NCBI RefSeq assembly: GCF_963921235.1
Contig: NC_086108.1
Span: forward strand, 90,212,001 to 90,276,000
Direction of reading: 5' to 3'
DNA from: Mobula hypostoma
Lineage: Eukaryota
Length of the DNA stretch: 64,000 bases
This document shows positions 1 to 13,426 of the stretch, piece by piece; position 1 is the stretch's first letter, and each line of letters opens with the position of its first letter. A program made the position numbers and the translations under genes. Below the pieces are notes generated by a model. It was not told the DNA's origin, made no database searches, and worked only from the letters and a program-made list of their open reading frames with translations.

Positions 1-720
1 CGGACCTCTCAAAGCATTTCATCACTGCATTTTGCAGATGGTACGCACATTCTCCAACCATTGCTGTCTAGTGTTGTTGAATTGAATGTAAAAGTTTGTG
101 GATGGGATGTCAGTCAAGTGGGCTGTTTTGTCCTGGATGCAATTAAGGCTCATGGGAGTTGCTGGAGCTGCACTTATCAAGCAAATGGAGAATTTTCCAT
201 AATTCTCCTGATTTGTGCTCTGGAGATATGAGGATAATTACATTTGAGAAGAATGCTCCATAGAATCTCACACACCACCTCAAAGCAAAGGCTGTGGCTC
301 TCACAAGGACCACAGCAAACACCTGAAAATCCATGGAACTGTTGTGGAAATGAGTCACTTTCAATGCAGAGGTACTGATTAAGTTGTGGAGTACAAGACT
401 TAATGCGAGTTGATTCAATGCCAAAGATTCCCAGCTCCAATCCCTGCTGATTCCACATGCCTCCAACTGTTCTGGGGTCAGATCCACCAGATGTGGATAG
501 AGGTGTTTGTGATATAAACTTAAATATATGATTCTGAGACCATGGACCATATCAGTTGCTTACCTAGCCCAATGAGTAGTTCTCCATGTTGTGTACGTAT
601 CCAAATTTTAGTGAGGAGGCTATGCCTGGTCACCAGGGACTGGAGGGCCTTCCTCACATCCAAATTTGGTGTCTGTATAATGAGGATTAATTGTTGAACT
701 CTAATGTATTTGTTCAGATC
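1..720 (-). mobile_element. Old, heavily decayed LINE fragment (CR1/L2-like endonuclease region)
   Basis: Minus-strand ORF pieces (e.g. IWIRTQHGELLIG) resemble the APE-endonuclease region of old LINEs; broken by stops and frameshifts. Confidence 0.4.
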
Positions 721-1594
721 CAAGCCTTATAATTGATGTTTCCTTCTTAGCTGTGCATACCCGTTCTGATGGAGATCTTGATATAGCTTTAACTGAACTA
801 TTCTGTTCATTATTTTCTGAGAAAGATGCACTTCCTACATCCCCAGCACCTGGGGTGATGGGGATATAGCAGCACTGCTTTTTGAAGCAGCCTAGACTCC
901 TTCTTCCAGGTGCTTCTTCTGCCACATTCGTCAGTCAACCACTCATCAGGGCAGCCATAAATCTTTAGTGCTGTATTCACAAAGGTTGAAGAATCTTTGT
1001 TTTACTTAGTCAAAGAAAAAAGGAAAGAAAACTACACTAATCTGAAGAACAGTGAGTTCTCATAGTGGGAATTGCTGGAGTGCACTACTTTATTACAACT
1101 TGTTTGAATCAGGAAATATAGTCCTTGATCTTGTTAATGTTCAGCTAATATGTGATGTCAATCATTTTATGTTGCACATCAATGCCAAGAATGAGGAAGC
1201 TGCCTTAAAGCTCTTGTGTAGTAATCTATCATAACTCAAAGCTGCAATTGATTGGCATACTGGGCTATTGCCTGCAGCCATGGCTGGATGACTCCTGTAA
1301 AGTTTACTTTGGAAGAACTGGAAGATGCCTGAAGGCAGATGCCGTCGTAGGAAATGCTGTGGATTCAAAGATCTCTTTTAGATGCCTGAATAATTGGGGG
1401 GGTGGGTGGCCTGAAGTGTATGCTGGCCAAGGTCTCAACATTGGCATTTCAAATAATATAGCACTAAACGTAGCCTTTCCATAACTGAAAGATGAAACCA
1501 AGAATTATGAGAGAATGGAGAGGCCTCCAAGCCATCATTATGAGGATGGCGCACAAGATGTAGGAAAGAACAGTTAACAGCTGGAGGAGAAGTG

Positions 1595-2230
1595 AATCAT
1601 AAAGTCAGAGAACACTACAGCACAGAAACAGGCCCTTTGGCCCATCTAGTTTGTGCCAAACCATTAATCTGCCTCGACCCATCAGCCCACAACTGGGTGA
1701 TAATGTTCCACACCCCTCTCATACATTATCCTACCCAAATTCCTAGCCACACTCTCACCATCCACTGAGTGAAGAAGTTCCCTCAAAGGAACTTCCAATG
1801 GAATAATTGCTACCCCAAGGCTTTCAATTAAAGGTGCATTAGGATTTTTTTTTCCTTGGATAGGACTTTTTTGTTTGGAGCATAGGTGAATGAGGGGAGA
1901 TTTGATAGAGGTATACAAAATAATGAGGGGTATAAATACACTGAGGTTCAGTGAGACTAGAACTAGAGGTCATAGGTTAAGTGTGAAAGGTGAAACACTT
2001 AAGGAAAACCTGAGGTAGAACTTCTTCATTCAGAGGGTGATACGCTGTGGAATGAGCTGCCAGTGGAAATGGTGGATCTGAATTCGATCTCAACACTTAA
2101 GGGAAATTTGGATAGGTACGTGAACGGGAGGGGTATGGAGACTTAAGGTCTGGTTGCAGGTTAGTGGGATTAGGCAAAATAATAGTTTATCACAGACTAG
2201 ATTAGACACAGTCTATGACTCCGTGACTCT
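1595..2230. mobile_element. Two CR1/HER1-like LINE 3' fragments in opposite orientation (minus ~1595-1800, plus ~1850-2230)
   Basis: Contains the CR1 3' ORF2 signature (aggggagatttgatagaggt = RGDLIEV; actagaggtcatagg = TRGHR) and a 3' UTR shared with other copies in the window. Confidence 0.8.
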
Positions 2231-3115
2231 AACCATTACCTATATAATAAAGTCGCATCACACATATGTGTTCTCTTAAACCTACAGTCTTATGCAGCAG
2301 TTCATCAGAATCAGGTTTATTATCACTGGCATGTGATGTGAAATTTGTTACCTTAGCAGCAGCAGTTCAATGCAATACATGATCTAGCAGAGAGAAAAAA
2401 AATACTAAATAAAATAAAAATAATGATAAATAAATAAATCAATTACGTATATTGAATAGATTTAAAAAAGCAAAAACAGAAATACTGTATATTTTAAAAA
2501 AGTGAGTTCATCTCTCAAAACAAATGTTCTTCTCTGATTCAAAAGCTGAAAAAAGCACAGAAATCATCCTAAGCATCTCTGACTGCAATCCTATGCCATG
2601 TATGACCTTCTCCAGCATCTGAATGTAGGTTTCTCAATGTAACTTTAAGGAATCCCAGTAAGACCAGGCTTTGCTATGGTTCTAAAGTCAATAAAATTCA
2701 GATTAATGTGTTCACTTTACTAGATACACCTTTACACCTGCTCGTGAATGTAAATATTAACCAATCATGTGGTAGCAACTCAATGCATGAAAGCATGCAA
2801 ACGTCATCAAGAGGTTCAGTTGTTGTTCAAACATCAGAATGGGGAAGAAATGTGATCTAAGTGACTTTGACTGTGAAATGATTGATGGTGCCAGATGGGG
2901 TGGTTTGAGTATCTCAAAAACTGCTGGTATCCTGGTATTGTCATGCACAACAGTTTCTAGAATTTACAGAGAATGATACAAAAAACAAAAAAAGAATCCA
3001 GTGAGTGGCAGTTCTGTGGGTACGATAGCCTTGTTAATGAGAATGGTCAGACTGGTTCAAGCTGACAGGAAGGCGACAGTAATTCAAATAACCATGCATT
3101 ACAACAGTGGTTTGC

Positions 3116-6100
3116 GTACACTTTTTTAGATATTTACAAATTAGGAATTTTTTATGTGGTTTGTTGCCAAATTACCCTTCTGCTTATCCACCTAATATGA
3201 CAGACGCTCTCTTTCAGTTTAAACTATTTCAAAAAGGGTTGATAGCTATAATCTATAAATGGTTATTGAACTCACAAATGATATCTAATGATAAAATTAA
3301 ATGCGCTTGGGAATTGGAATTTCAAGAGTCATTTTCAAATAATCAATGGAGTAAAATTTTTCATTTGGTTAACAACTCATAGAAACTTGGCTTTGGTGTT
3401 TATTTTAATAATTGAATTAGAATGATATATAAAACTCCTATTGCTACTGTTATTATTAATAACTGTAGATCCCTTTTTTCAGCTTTCATGGGAGACAAGC
3501 CAAGGTTATCCGTTAAGTCCTTTGTTATTTAATTTAATACTAGAACCCCTTGCTATTGCTCTTTGTGAAGCTAAAGATATTTATGGGGTTTCTGTGACTG
3601 AGACCATTCATAAGATTTCCCTTTACGCTGACGCTTTACTGGTTTATATACTGTATCCAATCCTGAGGAATCTATTCCTGCCTTGCTAAAATTATTTAAT
3701 GAATTTGGAGATTTTTCAGGTTATAAAATAAATTTTAGCAAAAGTGAACTGTTTCCTTTAAATGAATCTGTTCCTATATATGATAATACTCCTTTCAAAG
3801 TCACGGATTCCTTTAGATACTTAGGTGTTATAATCACTAAAAATATAAGGATCTTTATAAAGCTAATTTTGTTCCCCTGGTAGATTCTATGAAGTATTTA
3901 TTTAGTAGATGGAACCCGCTTACATTTTTACCTTTTGGTCGTATCCATATAGTCAAAATGATTTTACCAAAATTTTTATATTTATTTTAGAATATCCCTG
4001 TTTTTCTGACTAAGAAGTTTTTTGATCAGATTGATTCTATTATTTTATCTTTTATTTGGGGTAATAAAAGACCAAGAATTCGTAAATGTCACTTACAAAA
4101 GTCGAAGAAGGATGGAGGTCTCTCTTTGCCTAATTTAAGAATGTGTTACTGGGCTGTTAATGTGCAATATATGTCCTTTTGGTTACACTGGATTGTTAAG
4201 AACAATCGGCCAATTTGGGTAGACTTGGAATTGAAAGCTGTGAAATAGTTTTATTCAACCTCGTTATTGGGAGCTGCTTTACCTATACAATTTGCTAAAG
4301 TTGCTAATTTAAATTTATACCCTGTGATTAAGTATTCTTTACAAACTTGGCTCCAGTTCCATAATTTTTTTAATCTTAAAAAATTTAAACTTTGTAGTTT
4401 AATTTATCGAAATTACTTTTTAAAGCCTTCTTTGAGTGATCCAATTTTTTTACTTTGGAAAAATGAAGGTATTAATTCTTTTTTGGATTTATTTAAAGAA
4501 GATAGATTGATGTCTTTTGAACAATTAGTTGATAAATATTCTCTTTCATACTCACATTTTTTACCATACCTTCAAGTTAGACATTTCTTACAAAAATATT
4601 TAAGCAATTGCCCTTACATATTGGATGCCAACCTGTTAGATACTATTACGAGTATGAACCATTGATGAAGGGTTGCATTGAAAGAATTTATAATTTACTA
4701 TTACAATGGGATAAGCGTCCTTTAAGATTAAACAAGATTGGGAAAAGGAACTTAATTTCACTTTTATGACGGAGGACTGGACACGGATTCTGAAGCTGGT
4801 TAACTCTTCTTTGATCTGTGCTAGTCATTCACTGATTCAATTTAAAATTGTACATTGTTACTATTTGACGAAGGAACGATTGTCTAACATATTTCCTAAT
4901 GTTGATAGTTACCACGATAGATGTAAAACTGAGACAGCTACACTGACACACATGTTTTGGTCTTGTTCCATACTGGAACAGTTCTGGAAGTCAGTTTTTT
5001 CTACAATTTCTAAAGCACTTAAAATTAATTTACAACCTAACAAATCTACTGTGCTTTTTGGAATAATTTCTCAAAATATCCGCAGTATCTCTTTTGTCTG
5101 ACCAACATGTTATTGCTTTTCTTACATTGATAGCTAGGAGGGCCATTTTGTTGAAGTAGAAGGATACGTCGGCTCCCAGTTTGACACAATGGTTCTCTCA
5201 AATGATGCTATGTCTTAGTTTGGAGAAAATTAGAAGTCGAACCTTTGAATCTGTGTTTGATTTTGAGAAAAGATAGGGTTCATTTGCTCTTTACTGTCAT
5301 TTGAGTTAATTGATAGATTTCCTCGATGATCTAATTGTAAATTTTTGGTATTTTTTTTCTTGCTGGCGGTTTGATGTTTATCTTTAGAAGCTTTTTGTAT
5401 GACACATGGCTCCGAGGTTAAAACACTTAATGGGCTCTTTTTTCTCACTTTTCTTTGCTTTAATAGGTTTTTTTTTTCTTTTTTTTGTCACCAAAATTTT
5501 GTTTCAATCTTTAAAACAATGTTTTTTTTCTTGAGACATTTTAAGTGTTGCCTACTTCAATGTACTCTTGTTCATTTTGGATAATAATAATAAAAATATT
5601 TGAAAAGAAAGAAGAACAACTCGTCTATTTGTACCCATCGTTCCTTGATACAGTTCAAGGTAGTGCATCGGGCCCATATGTCAAAGGATAAACTAGCACG
5701 TATTTTCTCCAATATCAATCCTATTTGTGACAGATGTTATACTGAGCTGGCCACTTTAACTCATATGTATTGGTCTTGTATAAAGCTAAATAACTTTTGG
5801 AGAGATGTTTTTAAAATAGTATCCAAAGTTTTGGATCTGGATCCACAACCTAATTTGCTTACGGCAATTTTTGGGATTATCCCATCGGAAGCAGGCCTGT
5901 TTCCGCTCAACGTATGATAGCCTTTTCAACCTTACTGGCTAGGAGAGCCATTTTACTGAAGTAGAAGGATTCTAATCCACCTACAGTCTTTTATTGGCTC
6001 TCCTCCATTAGGTTCTGTTTAAGTTTAGAGAAAGTATGAAGTTGGACATTTGATACATCCTTTAAATTTGAGTAAATCTGGCAACCTTTTATCCAATGTT

Positions 6101-6500
6101 TTCATTTAATTTGATTTATTACTCTTTCAATCTTTTTTTTTTCAAAGTTTTAGATTTGATCAGAAAGACTTTTTTTCTTTTTTTTTGGTCGTATCCTCAA
6201 AATGGACTACCCAGTCCCTTTTTTTCTGTTTTTTTTTTGTTTTTTCTATAGAGTGTAGTGGTCTTTTCTCTCTTCATTTAAAACTCAATGTTTTTTCTTC
6301 TCTCTTCATAAACTGATAAGAGGAGAATTGCTATTTTCATTTTTCTATTATATATTTTATTCTAGTTTAATAATATCTATAATTTTGACAATGTCTATCT
6401 TAATCTCAGTTTATATTGTTACTGATATATATATTTGAGATAATTCTCCTCGATTGTATTTATGCTCCTTTTAAATCAATAAAAAGATTAATAAAGAAAG
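3116..6500 (+). mobile_element. 5'-truncated L1/Tx1-clade LINE (outer copy: 3116-3380 and 5615-6500)
   Basis: ORF2 C-terminal region FFRYLQIRNF...NNS|SICTHRSLIQFKVVHRAH...CDRC...HMYWSC (Cys/His knuckle); T-rich 3' UTR; AATAAA and A-rich tail; 13-bp TSD aacagtggtttgc (3103-3115) / aacaatggtttgc (6501-6513). Confidence 0.92.
3381..5614 (+). mobile_element. 5'-truncated L1/Tx1-clade LINE (inner copy, different subfamily), RT to 3' end
   Basis: RT motifs QGYPLSPLLFNL, SLYADALL, SGYKINFSKSE, FRYLGV and C-terminal HMFWSC; frameshifted; A-rich tail; 10-bp TSD aacaactcat (3371-3380) / aacaactcgt (5615-5624). Confidence 0.92.
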
Positions 6501-6689
6501 AACAATGGTTTGCAGAAGAGCATCTCTGAATACAGAGCATGTCAAACCGTGAAGTGGATGGACGGCAACAGCTGAAGACCATGAACAAACACTCATTGGC
6601 CACTTTATTAGGCACAGGAGGTACCTGAGTGTATTCCAATAATCTGACCATGTACTCAGAAACATCTCCACCCCTACTACACAATGCGG

Positions 6690-7780
6690 GTTTGCTCTTG
6701 CCAACAAAATCCCCCGCGCGATCAGTCTACAGGACATGACACTTAGGGACTTGGTTATATTACAATTATATTTTTGTGTGACTGTATTTTTGCTGCTATC
6801 ATTATTGAATGTGCTATATTTGACTTGTGCTGTGTGTGACTTATGGTACTGACTGGCAATTAAATTTGAACATGATAATATTGGTGCTCAATATTATCAA
6901 TATTATCAAGTTCAAGAGGAGCTTTTGGTAAGATGCTGCCACACGTCATCTCAGTGGCCACTGTGGATCCAACCAAATGTGTAATTGTTCGTTCTTCACG
7001 TCTTTTTTGCGATCACAAGACACTGTTGGATACAGTACGGCAGGTCTGCCCCACCAGGCAGTTGCTCGGTAGCGGAGGAGCTGGATTTGTCGCATGCCGT
7101 GTAGCTGCCTGCCACAGGAAGGTGTCAGAGTTGGGGTGCCAAAGTGGTATCTAACAAATGGAGCGAGTGATTGTTTTGGATGTTGGTCTTCTGATCGCAA
7201 GATCCTGTTAAACATTGTAATGTAGAATACGGCAAGTCTGGTTCACAGGTTGATTGGGAGGACTGATGGCAGGGGAGCTGGGTGGCCTTGGTTGTAGCGC
7301 AGACCAGGCCCGCATTCCGCCGGGTCGCCTGTTGTAGCTGTGCGGATATGAGACGCTGGAGGCAGAGGTGTGGTGAGTGTGCTAGAGTCCAGGCTGGGTT
7401 GGAGGCTGGCCCCTCCCATTGGTTCAGCCCTCCACTGTTCGCTCAGTGCCTCCAGTGAATGCTGGACTGCACTGGTCTGCAGCTGCACTAGCACATGACA
7501 TGATGATCGGGCTGCTGCATGCTTGTTCTTACCGACAACAGCGCATGCACCATCAATCTACAAGACATGACACGTAAGGACTTGGACTATATTATTTTTT
7601 TTGTGTGACTATATGTTTACAGCTATCATAATTATACTGTCTGTAATATATGCACTTCGTGCTGTATGTGTCTGTTAAAACTGTGTTATGCACCTTGGCC
7701 CCGGGTAATGCTGTTTCATTTTGTTGCATTCAGGTGATTTCATGTATGCTTAAATGACAATTAAACTTTAACTTGAACTT
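6690..7780 (+). mobile_element. Non-autonomous non-LTR repeat(s) with (CTTGAA)-type tail, probably Rex1-mobilised
   Basis: Two related 3' segments (~6720-6870 and ~7550-7780) ending caattaaa...ttgaac; GC-richer body 6935-7550. Confidence 0.55.
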
Positions 7781-8619
7781 CATCAGACTCTCTCATCACT
7801 GCACTTTATGACTGGGCCTCTGAGGCCTGAGATCCAGCACATTTGAAAAGGATGGTTGTTTCTCATTCCTCCAATGGAAAACTGTACCTACCCGTTCCTC
7901 TGCTTAATGCTCCTGTGTGCTTCTGTGCTGATGCTCGTGCAGAGAAGCTGATGTGAAATGTGGTAAAGTGGCAGCAGCTGGAGATTGTGGTTCTGCAGCC
8001 AGCTCTCCGCAAGATTGCCTGGATCATAATATCAATGTGAAGCACAGAAGAGTCTGTTTATCTGCACAAACAATGACTTACCCACTTTCAGAAATAGCCA
8101 CTAAGTGTGAGGATCTTGTAACCCTCTCTGTGAGGACAGACAGTCAGCACAATTCATGATAGTATTTTGCAACTTCCACAAGTTTTCTATTGCAAGTTCA
8201 TATTGCTTTCATCTGCTCCCCTCCTAGCCCTAGGTTCTGTGTCCACAACTTCAAACAAAACTTTGCATTTATATGGTATCTTTTATGATGTCTTGCAGTC
8301 CAAAGTGCTTTACAGTCAATGAAGTAGTTGAAGTTTGGATATTGCAAATGTTGCAACATTACTACCCTTGGGGGGTGGAGGAGGTACAGGAGCCTGCAGA
8401 CCTACACTCAATAATTAGGAACAGCTTCTTCCCCTCTGCCACCAGATTTCTGAACCTTCAATGACTCCATGAACACTACCTCACCCTTCTTCTTTCGCAT
8501 TATTTATTTGTATTTTGCATGAGGAGTAAACCCGCTGTTATTCAAAATCAGAGCCGCATATATGCTGACGACAGTCAGAAACTGAACTCCTTTCAGTCTC
8601 AGGCTGAACGACAGACGAC

Positions 8620-9000
8620 AGGGTGAAGTCTGACCCCTGCACACATAGCATGCTGTCATACCTTTTGTGGAGAAACCGTGGCGCTCATGAACCAGATCCC
8701 CAGCTATGGGTAGATAGACCCACTGCCCTGCAGGCAGCCTCAGGAGAGACGAAGGCTGCGGGAGTAACCCTAGACAGAAAATCCGGAGTGTAGCCCCTAA
8801 GGTGGCTGGACATCACTGAACATCCTTCTGGCAGCTCCTGCAGCCAAGCTGGTGCCAAACGAATTGCTTCATAAGCTTTCTTTGGACTACACTTGACGAC
8901 TAGACATCTCAGCATCTTTATGCCTTCTGCTTAGGCTTGTGATAATGATCAGCATCAGCCATTGTCATCCGAGACAAACAGATGCCAACCACCAACTACT
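8620..9000 (+). mobile_element. Non-autonomous retroposon, RTE-related (tentative)
   Basis: Its middle and 3' end (gccaagctg..., gagacaaacagatgcc plus short repeat tail) resemble the SINE at 9341-9645. Confidence 0.45.
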
Positions 9001-9225
9001 ACATATATATCAGAAACAAGTTTAATATCACTGGCGTATGTCATGAGATGTGTTGTTTTGCAGCAGTAGTACTTTATAAATTACAATAAGAAGTGCAATT
9101 CATTCATTAATTAAGTAAGTAGTGTACAAATTAGAGGTGGAAAATAGTGAGGTAATGTTCGTGGGTTCATTGTCCATTCAGAAAATTGATGGCAGGGGGG
9201 AAGAAGCTGTTCTTGAAACGCTGAA

Positions 9226-10850
9226 TTTGAAATGAATTGACTTTACTTCTTACATCCTTCACATACATGAGCAGTAAAAATCTTTATGTCACGTCTCCGT
9301 CTAAACGTTCAATGTGCAATCATAGTAATTTATAATAAATTATAAATTACGGCCAAGTGGTTAAGGCATCGGTCTAGTGATCTGAAGGTCGCTAGTTCGA
9401 GCCTCAACTGGGGCAGCGTGTTGTGTCCTTGAGCAAGGCACTTAACCGCACACTGCTCTGCGACGACACCAGTGCCAAGCTGTATCGGCCCTAGTGCCCT
9501 TCCTTTGGACAACATCAGTGGCGTGGAGAGGGGAGACTTGCAGCATGGGCAACTACTGGTCTTCCATACAACCTTGCCCAGGCCTGCGCTCTGGAAACCT
9601 TCTAAGGCACAAATCCATGGTCTCACGAGACTAACGGATGCCTATGTAACAAATAGAACAGTCAATGTAACATAGAAATACACTCAAATCAGTGTGAGTT
9701 AATCAGTCTAATGGCCTGGTGGAAGAAGCTGTCCCAGAGCCTGTTGGCCCTGGCTTTTATGCTGCGGTGCCATTTCCCAGATGGGAGCAGCTGGAATAGA
9801 TTGTGATTGGGGAGACTCGGGTCCCCAATGATCCTTCAGGCTCTTTTTACACACCTATCTTTGTAAATGTCCTGAATCATGGGAAGTTCACAACTATAGA
9901 TGCGCTGGGCTGTCCGCACCACTCTGCAGAATCCTGCGATTAAGGGAGGTACAGTTCCCATACCAGGCAGTGCTGCAGCCGGTCAGGTTGCTCTCAGTTG
10001 TGCCCCTGTAGAAAGTTCTTAGGATTTGGGGCTCATACCAAACTTCCTCAACCATCTGAGGTGAAAGAGGTGCTGTTGTGCCTTTTTCACCACACAGCTG
10101 GTGTGTACAGACCATGTGAGGTCCTCAGTGATGTGGATGCTGAGGAACTTAAAACTGTTTACCCTCTCAACCCCAGATCCATTGATGTCCATAGGGGTTA
10201 GCCCATCTCCATGCCTCCTGTAGTCCTCAATAAGGTCCTTTGTTTTTGCGACCTTGAGGGAGAGGTTGTTTTCTTGACACCACTGCATCAGAGAAATGAC
10301 TTCTTTCCTGTAGGCCACCTCATCATCGTTTGAGATTATCATGTGTGTCTTCAGGCTCCTATACCTCCTCTTTGAAGATAGCAATGTTAAGAGGTCATGT
10401 CCTAGATGATGGGGGTCCTCAATGACCGATGCTGAATTTTTGAGGCATTGCCTTTTGCAGATTTCCTTGATCCTGGGGAGAATCGTACCCATGTTCGAGC
10501 TGGATGGGATCTTTCTGCAGCTTTACTGACCCTGCGCAGTGGCCCCTCCATGCCAGATGGTGATGTAACCAGTAGGACTGCTCTCTGCAGTACATCTGTA
10601 AAAATTTGCGAGTGTCTTTGGTAACATATCAAGTGTCCTCAAACTCCCATTGAAATGTGGCCAATATCATGTCTTCTTTGTAATTGCATCAATATGTTGG
10701 GCCAAGGATAGATCTTCAGAGATGTTCACACCCAGGAACATGAAACTGCTCACCCTTTCCACTGCTGGTCTCTCGATGAGGACTGCTATGAGTTCCCTTG
10801 ACTTCCCGTTCCTGAAGTTCACAATCAATTTCTCGAGTGCAAGGTTGTTT
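9226..10850 (-). mobile_element. Rex1/Babar-like LINE 3' ORF2 fragments (two subfamilies joined near 10340)
   Basis: WCQENNLSLKVAKTKDLI.DYRR, VERVNSFKFL.IHITEDLTWS, VKKAQQHLFHLR.L.KF, FYRGT.ES.LTGC.TAWYGNC; (TTCAA)-type tail at ~9226-9240. Confidence 0.9.
9341..9645 (+). mobile_element. tRNA-derived SINE with CORE-like central motif, inserted in the Rex1 3' UTR
   Basis: A box ggccaagtgg, B box agttcgagcct, CORE-like gtgtccttgagcaaggcacttaacc; imperfect ~10-bp TSD tataataaat / tgtaacaaat, inferred by comparison with the uninterrupted 3' UTR at ~23520. Confidence 0.85.
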
Positions 10851-11325
10851 TCATATTTGAGTCTGAATCAGTTTACCACAGTTTTCACTGACTTCATTAA
10901 AACCCGTGTTGATGAGTGTGTGCCTAAGAATATACCATAATTACCCAGATTAAAAGCCGAGGACGAACCAAGAGAATTGTAGTCTGCTGAGGGCAAGGTC
11001 TGTGGCATTCAAGTGCTCCTGGACTATACAGGAAGACCAGGTGTGACTTATGGAGGGTTATCTCAAGATCAAAGGAACAATTCTAATTGAGGTTAGAGGC
11101 GGAATCAGGTGCATGTCAAGCCTGGCAGGCTTTGCAGGGCATTATTTCCTACAAAGTGAAACCTAATATCATGAATGGCAGCGATGCTTCACTCCCGGAT
11201 GAGCTGAATGCTTTTTGTGCACACTTTGAAAGGGAGAATAAAACTACAGCTATGAGGATGTCTACAGTATCCAGTGACCCTGTGATCTCTGTCTTGGAGG
11301 CCGATGGCAGAACATCTTTCAAGAA
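10850..11325 (+). mobile_element. Rex1/Babar-like ORF2 fragment (region before RT)
   Basis: AWQALQGIISYK...DASLPDELNAF.AHFEREN motif. Confidence 0.8.
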
Positions 11326-13426
11326 GATGATGGCAGAAATCTCCTTCAGCATATAAAAAGGATGACATTTAACCAATAACTGTTCCAGGTTGGGTGAGCA
11401 GGACTGAGGCAGACCCACCACATCTGTGAACCACGGTAAGTTAATGATAAAGCATGCACCACCTCCGCTACCTTTAAGAAAGCTCAACAGACCTGTCATT
11501 ATGGCGAATGGTGAAGCCATCAAGCTGCGGCCCTGCATTGGAAATGATGTCAGTGAACCATCTTTCCGTGAAGCAAATTACACAGCATATTCTGATATCT
11601 CTCTGGTACAACTCTGCTATGAGGTCTTCAATTGTATTTTCCAGAGATTATACATTTGCCAGTATGATAATCAGGAGGGGAGGTCTAGTACAGTGGTATA
11701 TTACCATATACTATCCTGAGATTCATTTTCTTACAGACATTTACAGGAATAAATAAATACTATAGCATTTTATGAAAAACTATATATGAAGAGACAAAGA
11801 CTCCAAACAACAAATATGCAAAAGAAGACAAACTGTGCAAAATAAAAATAGTACTCTAGAGAACATGAGTTGTAAAGTGTCAGTTAAATTGTAGTTTGTA
11901 AAATCAGTTGAGGTGAGTGAGGTTAGTCACGCTGGTAGTAGGGTGATAACTGTTCCAGAACCTCAATTTCAACTTCAAGTTAAAGTTCACTGTAATCTGA
12001 CTGTACATATATACAACCAAACAAAACAACATTCCTCTGGACCAGGGTGCACCCACACAAGGTATATCACACACAGCACATAAACCAAAATATTATACTA
12101 TAAATAAGTAAATAAAATATAATTAAAATTGCATGTAGTATTGCACAGCACAGGTAAGCAGTAAACAACAAACAGCTCTCTGTCCTAGTGAGAAGACTTC
12201 CGTGATGGTAGGATATTCATTAGTCTCCCAGCTTGAGGGAGAAAGCTGTTACCTCGGCTGGCATTCCTAGTCCTGATGCTTCTGTATCTCTGTCCTGACA
12301 GTAGTAAGTCAAATAGAGGTAGTTAATACTCATCTCTTTGGTTTTGCTGAAATTAAGAGATAGATTGTTGTTGTAGCACCAATCAACCAGATTTTCCATC
12401 TACCTCCCATATGCTGAATTGTCACCCATCATTTTTGATTTGGCCAATAACAGTGGTGTTGTCAGTAAACCTAAATACATCAGTGGAGCTGTACTTAGCC
12501 ACACAATCATAAGTATAAAATGTGTCAAATGTGCTAAGCACACAGTCCTGTAGTGCACTCTAGCTGATGCTGAGTGTGAACGAGTTGCTTTTGCCAATAC
12601 TTACTGACTAGGGTCTGCCAGTGAGGAAATCAAGGATCCAGTTGCACAAAGAGCCCCAGGTCCTGAAGGTTAGTGATAAGCTTTGTAGGGATGATAGTAT
12701 TGAGTGCTAACCTGTAGTCAATGAAGCTAAAAATGTGAGCTTGGAGAGGCATTAATTTAACATCTTGTCCAAAGGGTAGCTTCTTCATCTGTGCATCATT
12801 CCCTCAACACTGCAGCAGAGAGCTTGTCCCATGTCCATGTCTCTGGGAATCTGGATTGGATTTGAAATTACAAACCCAGTTTAGAATGAAGAGTGTTTAT
12901 TGCTGTCTCATGAAATCTTCAACCTTCTTCATTTCTCTTCTTTTGCAGTGGCTACAACAAGCCAATATTTTCCTATGGAGGGAATAAAGATAGCAACATA
13001 GGTCATATGTTTATCATTGTCAGTTGACCCCGTGAGTGACTATATACAGTACATGGAATAACCTGTGCTGATGGTTAGCAAGCAGTTCTGTACAGAAGCA
13101 CCAATTAGTGTCTTCACCTACATTAGTGTGTTCTGGACTTTTGTGTCTATGCACCATAGAGTGGAATTGCGGAACATGATGGAGTTCAGTTACACTGCCT
13201 AATGAGCTCTCACTTGATTCAGTATCAGAGGCAAATATTAAACAAGCTGAGCTGGAGAATGAAATGGACTTTACACCTGGCCTCTTAGCCATATCTGTAG
13301 TTTCCAGTGTGACCTCAGTTATTTCAATAGGGGATGTTAACCTACATTAAAAGAGGAAAGCTTTTAATTTGTCTTATTTTATTTTATTTTATTTCATTGC
13401 ATATTTACATTCAGCAGCCATTTTAA

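Larger units (their letters stand above)
2708..6633 (+). mobile_element. Non-autonomous Tc1-like DNA transposon, split by a nested L1 insertion (3116-6500)
   Basis: ATG at 2839 gives MGKKCDLSDFDCEMIDGARWGGLSISKTAGILVLSCTTVSRIYRE, a Tc1 N-terminal HTH. The sequence resumes at 6501. A TIR-like cactcattggccactttattagg lies near 6590. Same family at 13427-14118 and 16372-16860. Confidence 0.9.

Noticed and set aside
1255..1335. YWAIACSHGWMTPVKFTL resembling a KDZ/Zisupton-type CxHG motif
   Set aside because: A single short motif bounded by stops, with no other supporting motifs. It cannot be supported without a profile search.
8620..8760. Possible HDV-like ribozyme at the 5' end of the RTE-related element
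   Set aside because: I could not build the nested double pseudoknot by hand.
9351..9415. tRNA gene (also 45400-45470 and 18829-18900)
   Set aside because: A and B boxes are present but there is no complete acceptor stem or terminator, and each continues into a SINE body.
7941..11482. Resemblance of IATKCEDL and PPPLPLRK to PEAK1/PRAG1-family motifs
   Set aside because: The motifs are short, occur in the opposite order to those proteins as I recall them, and no pseudokinase domain follows.
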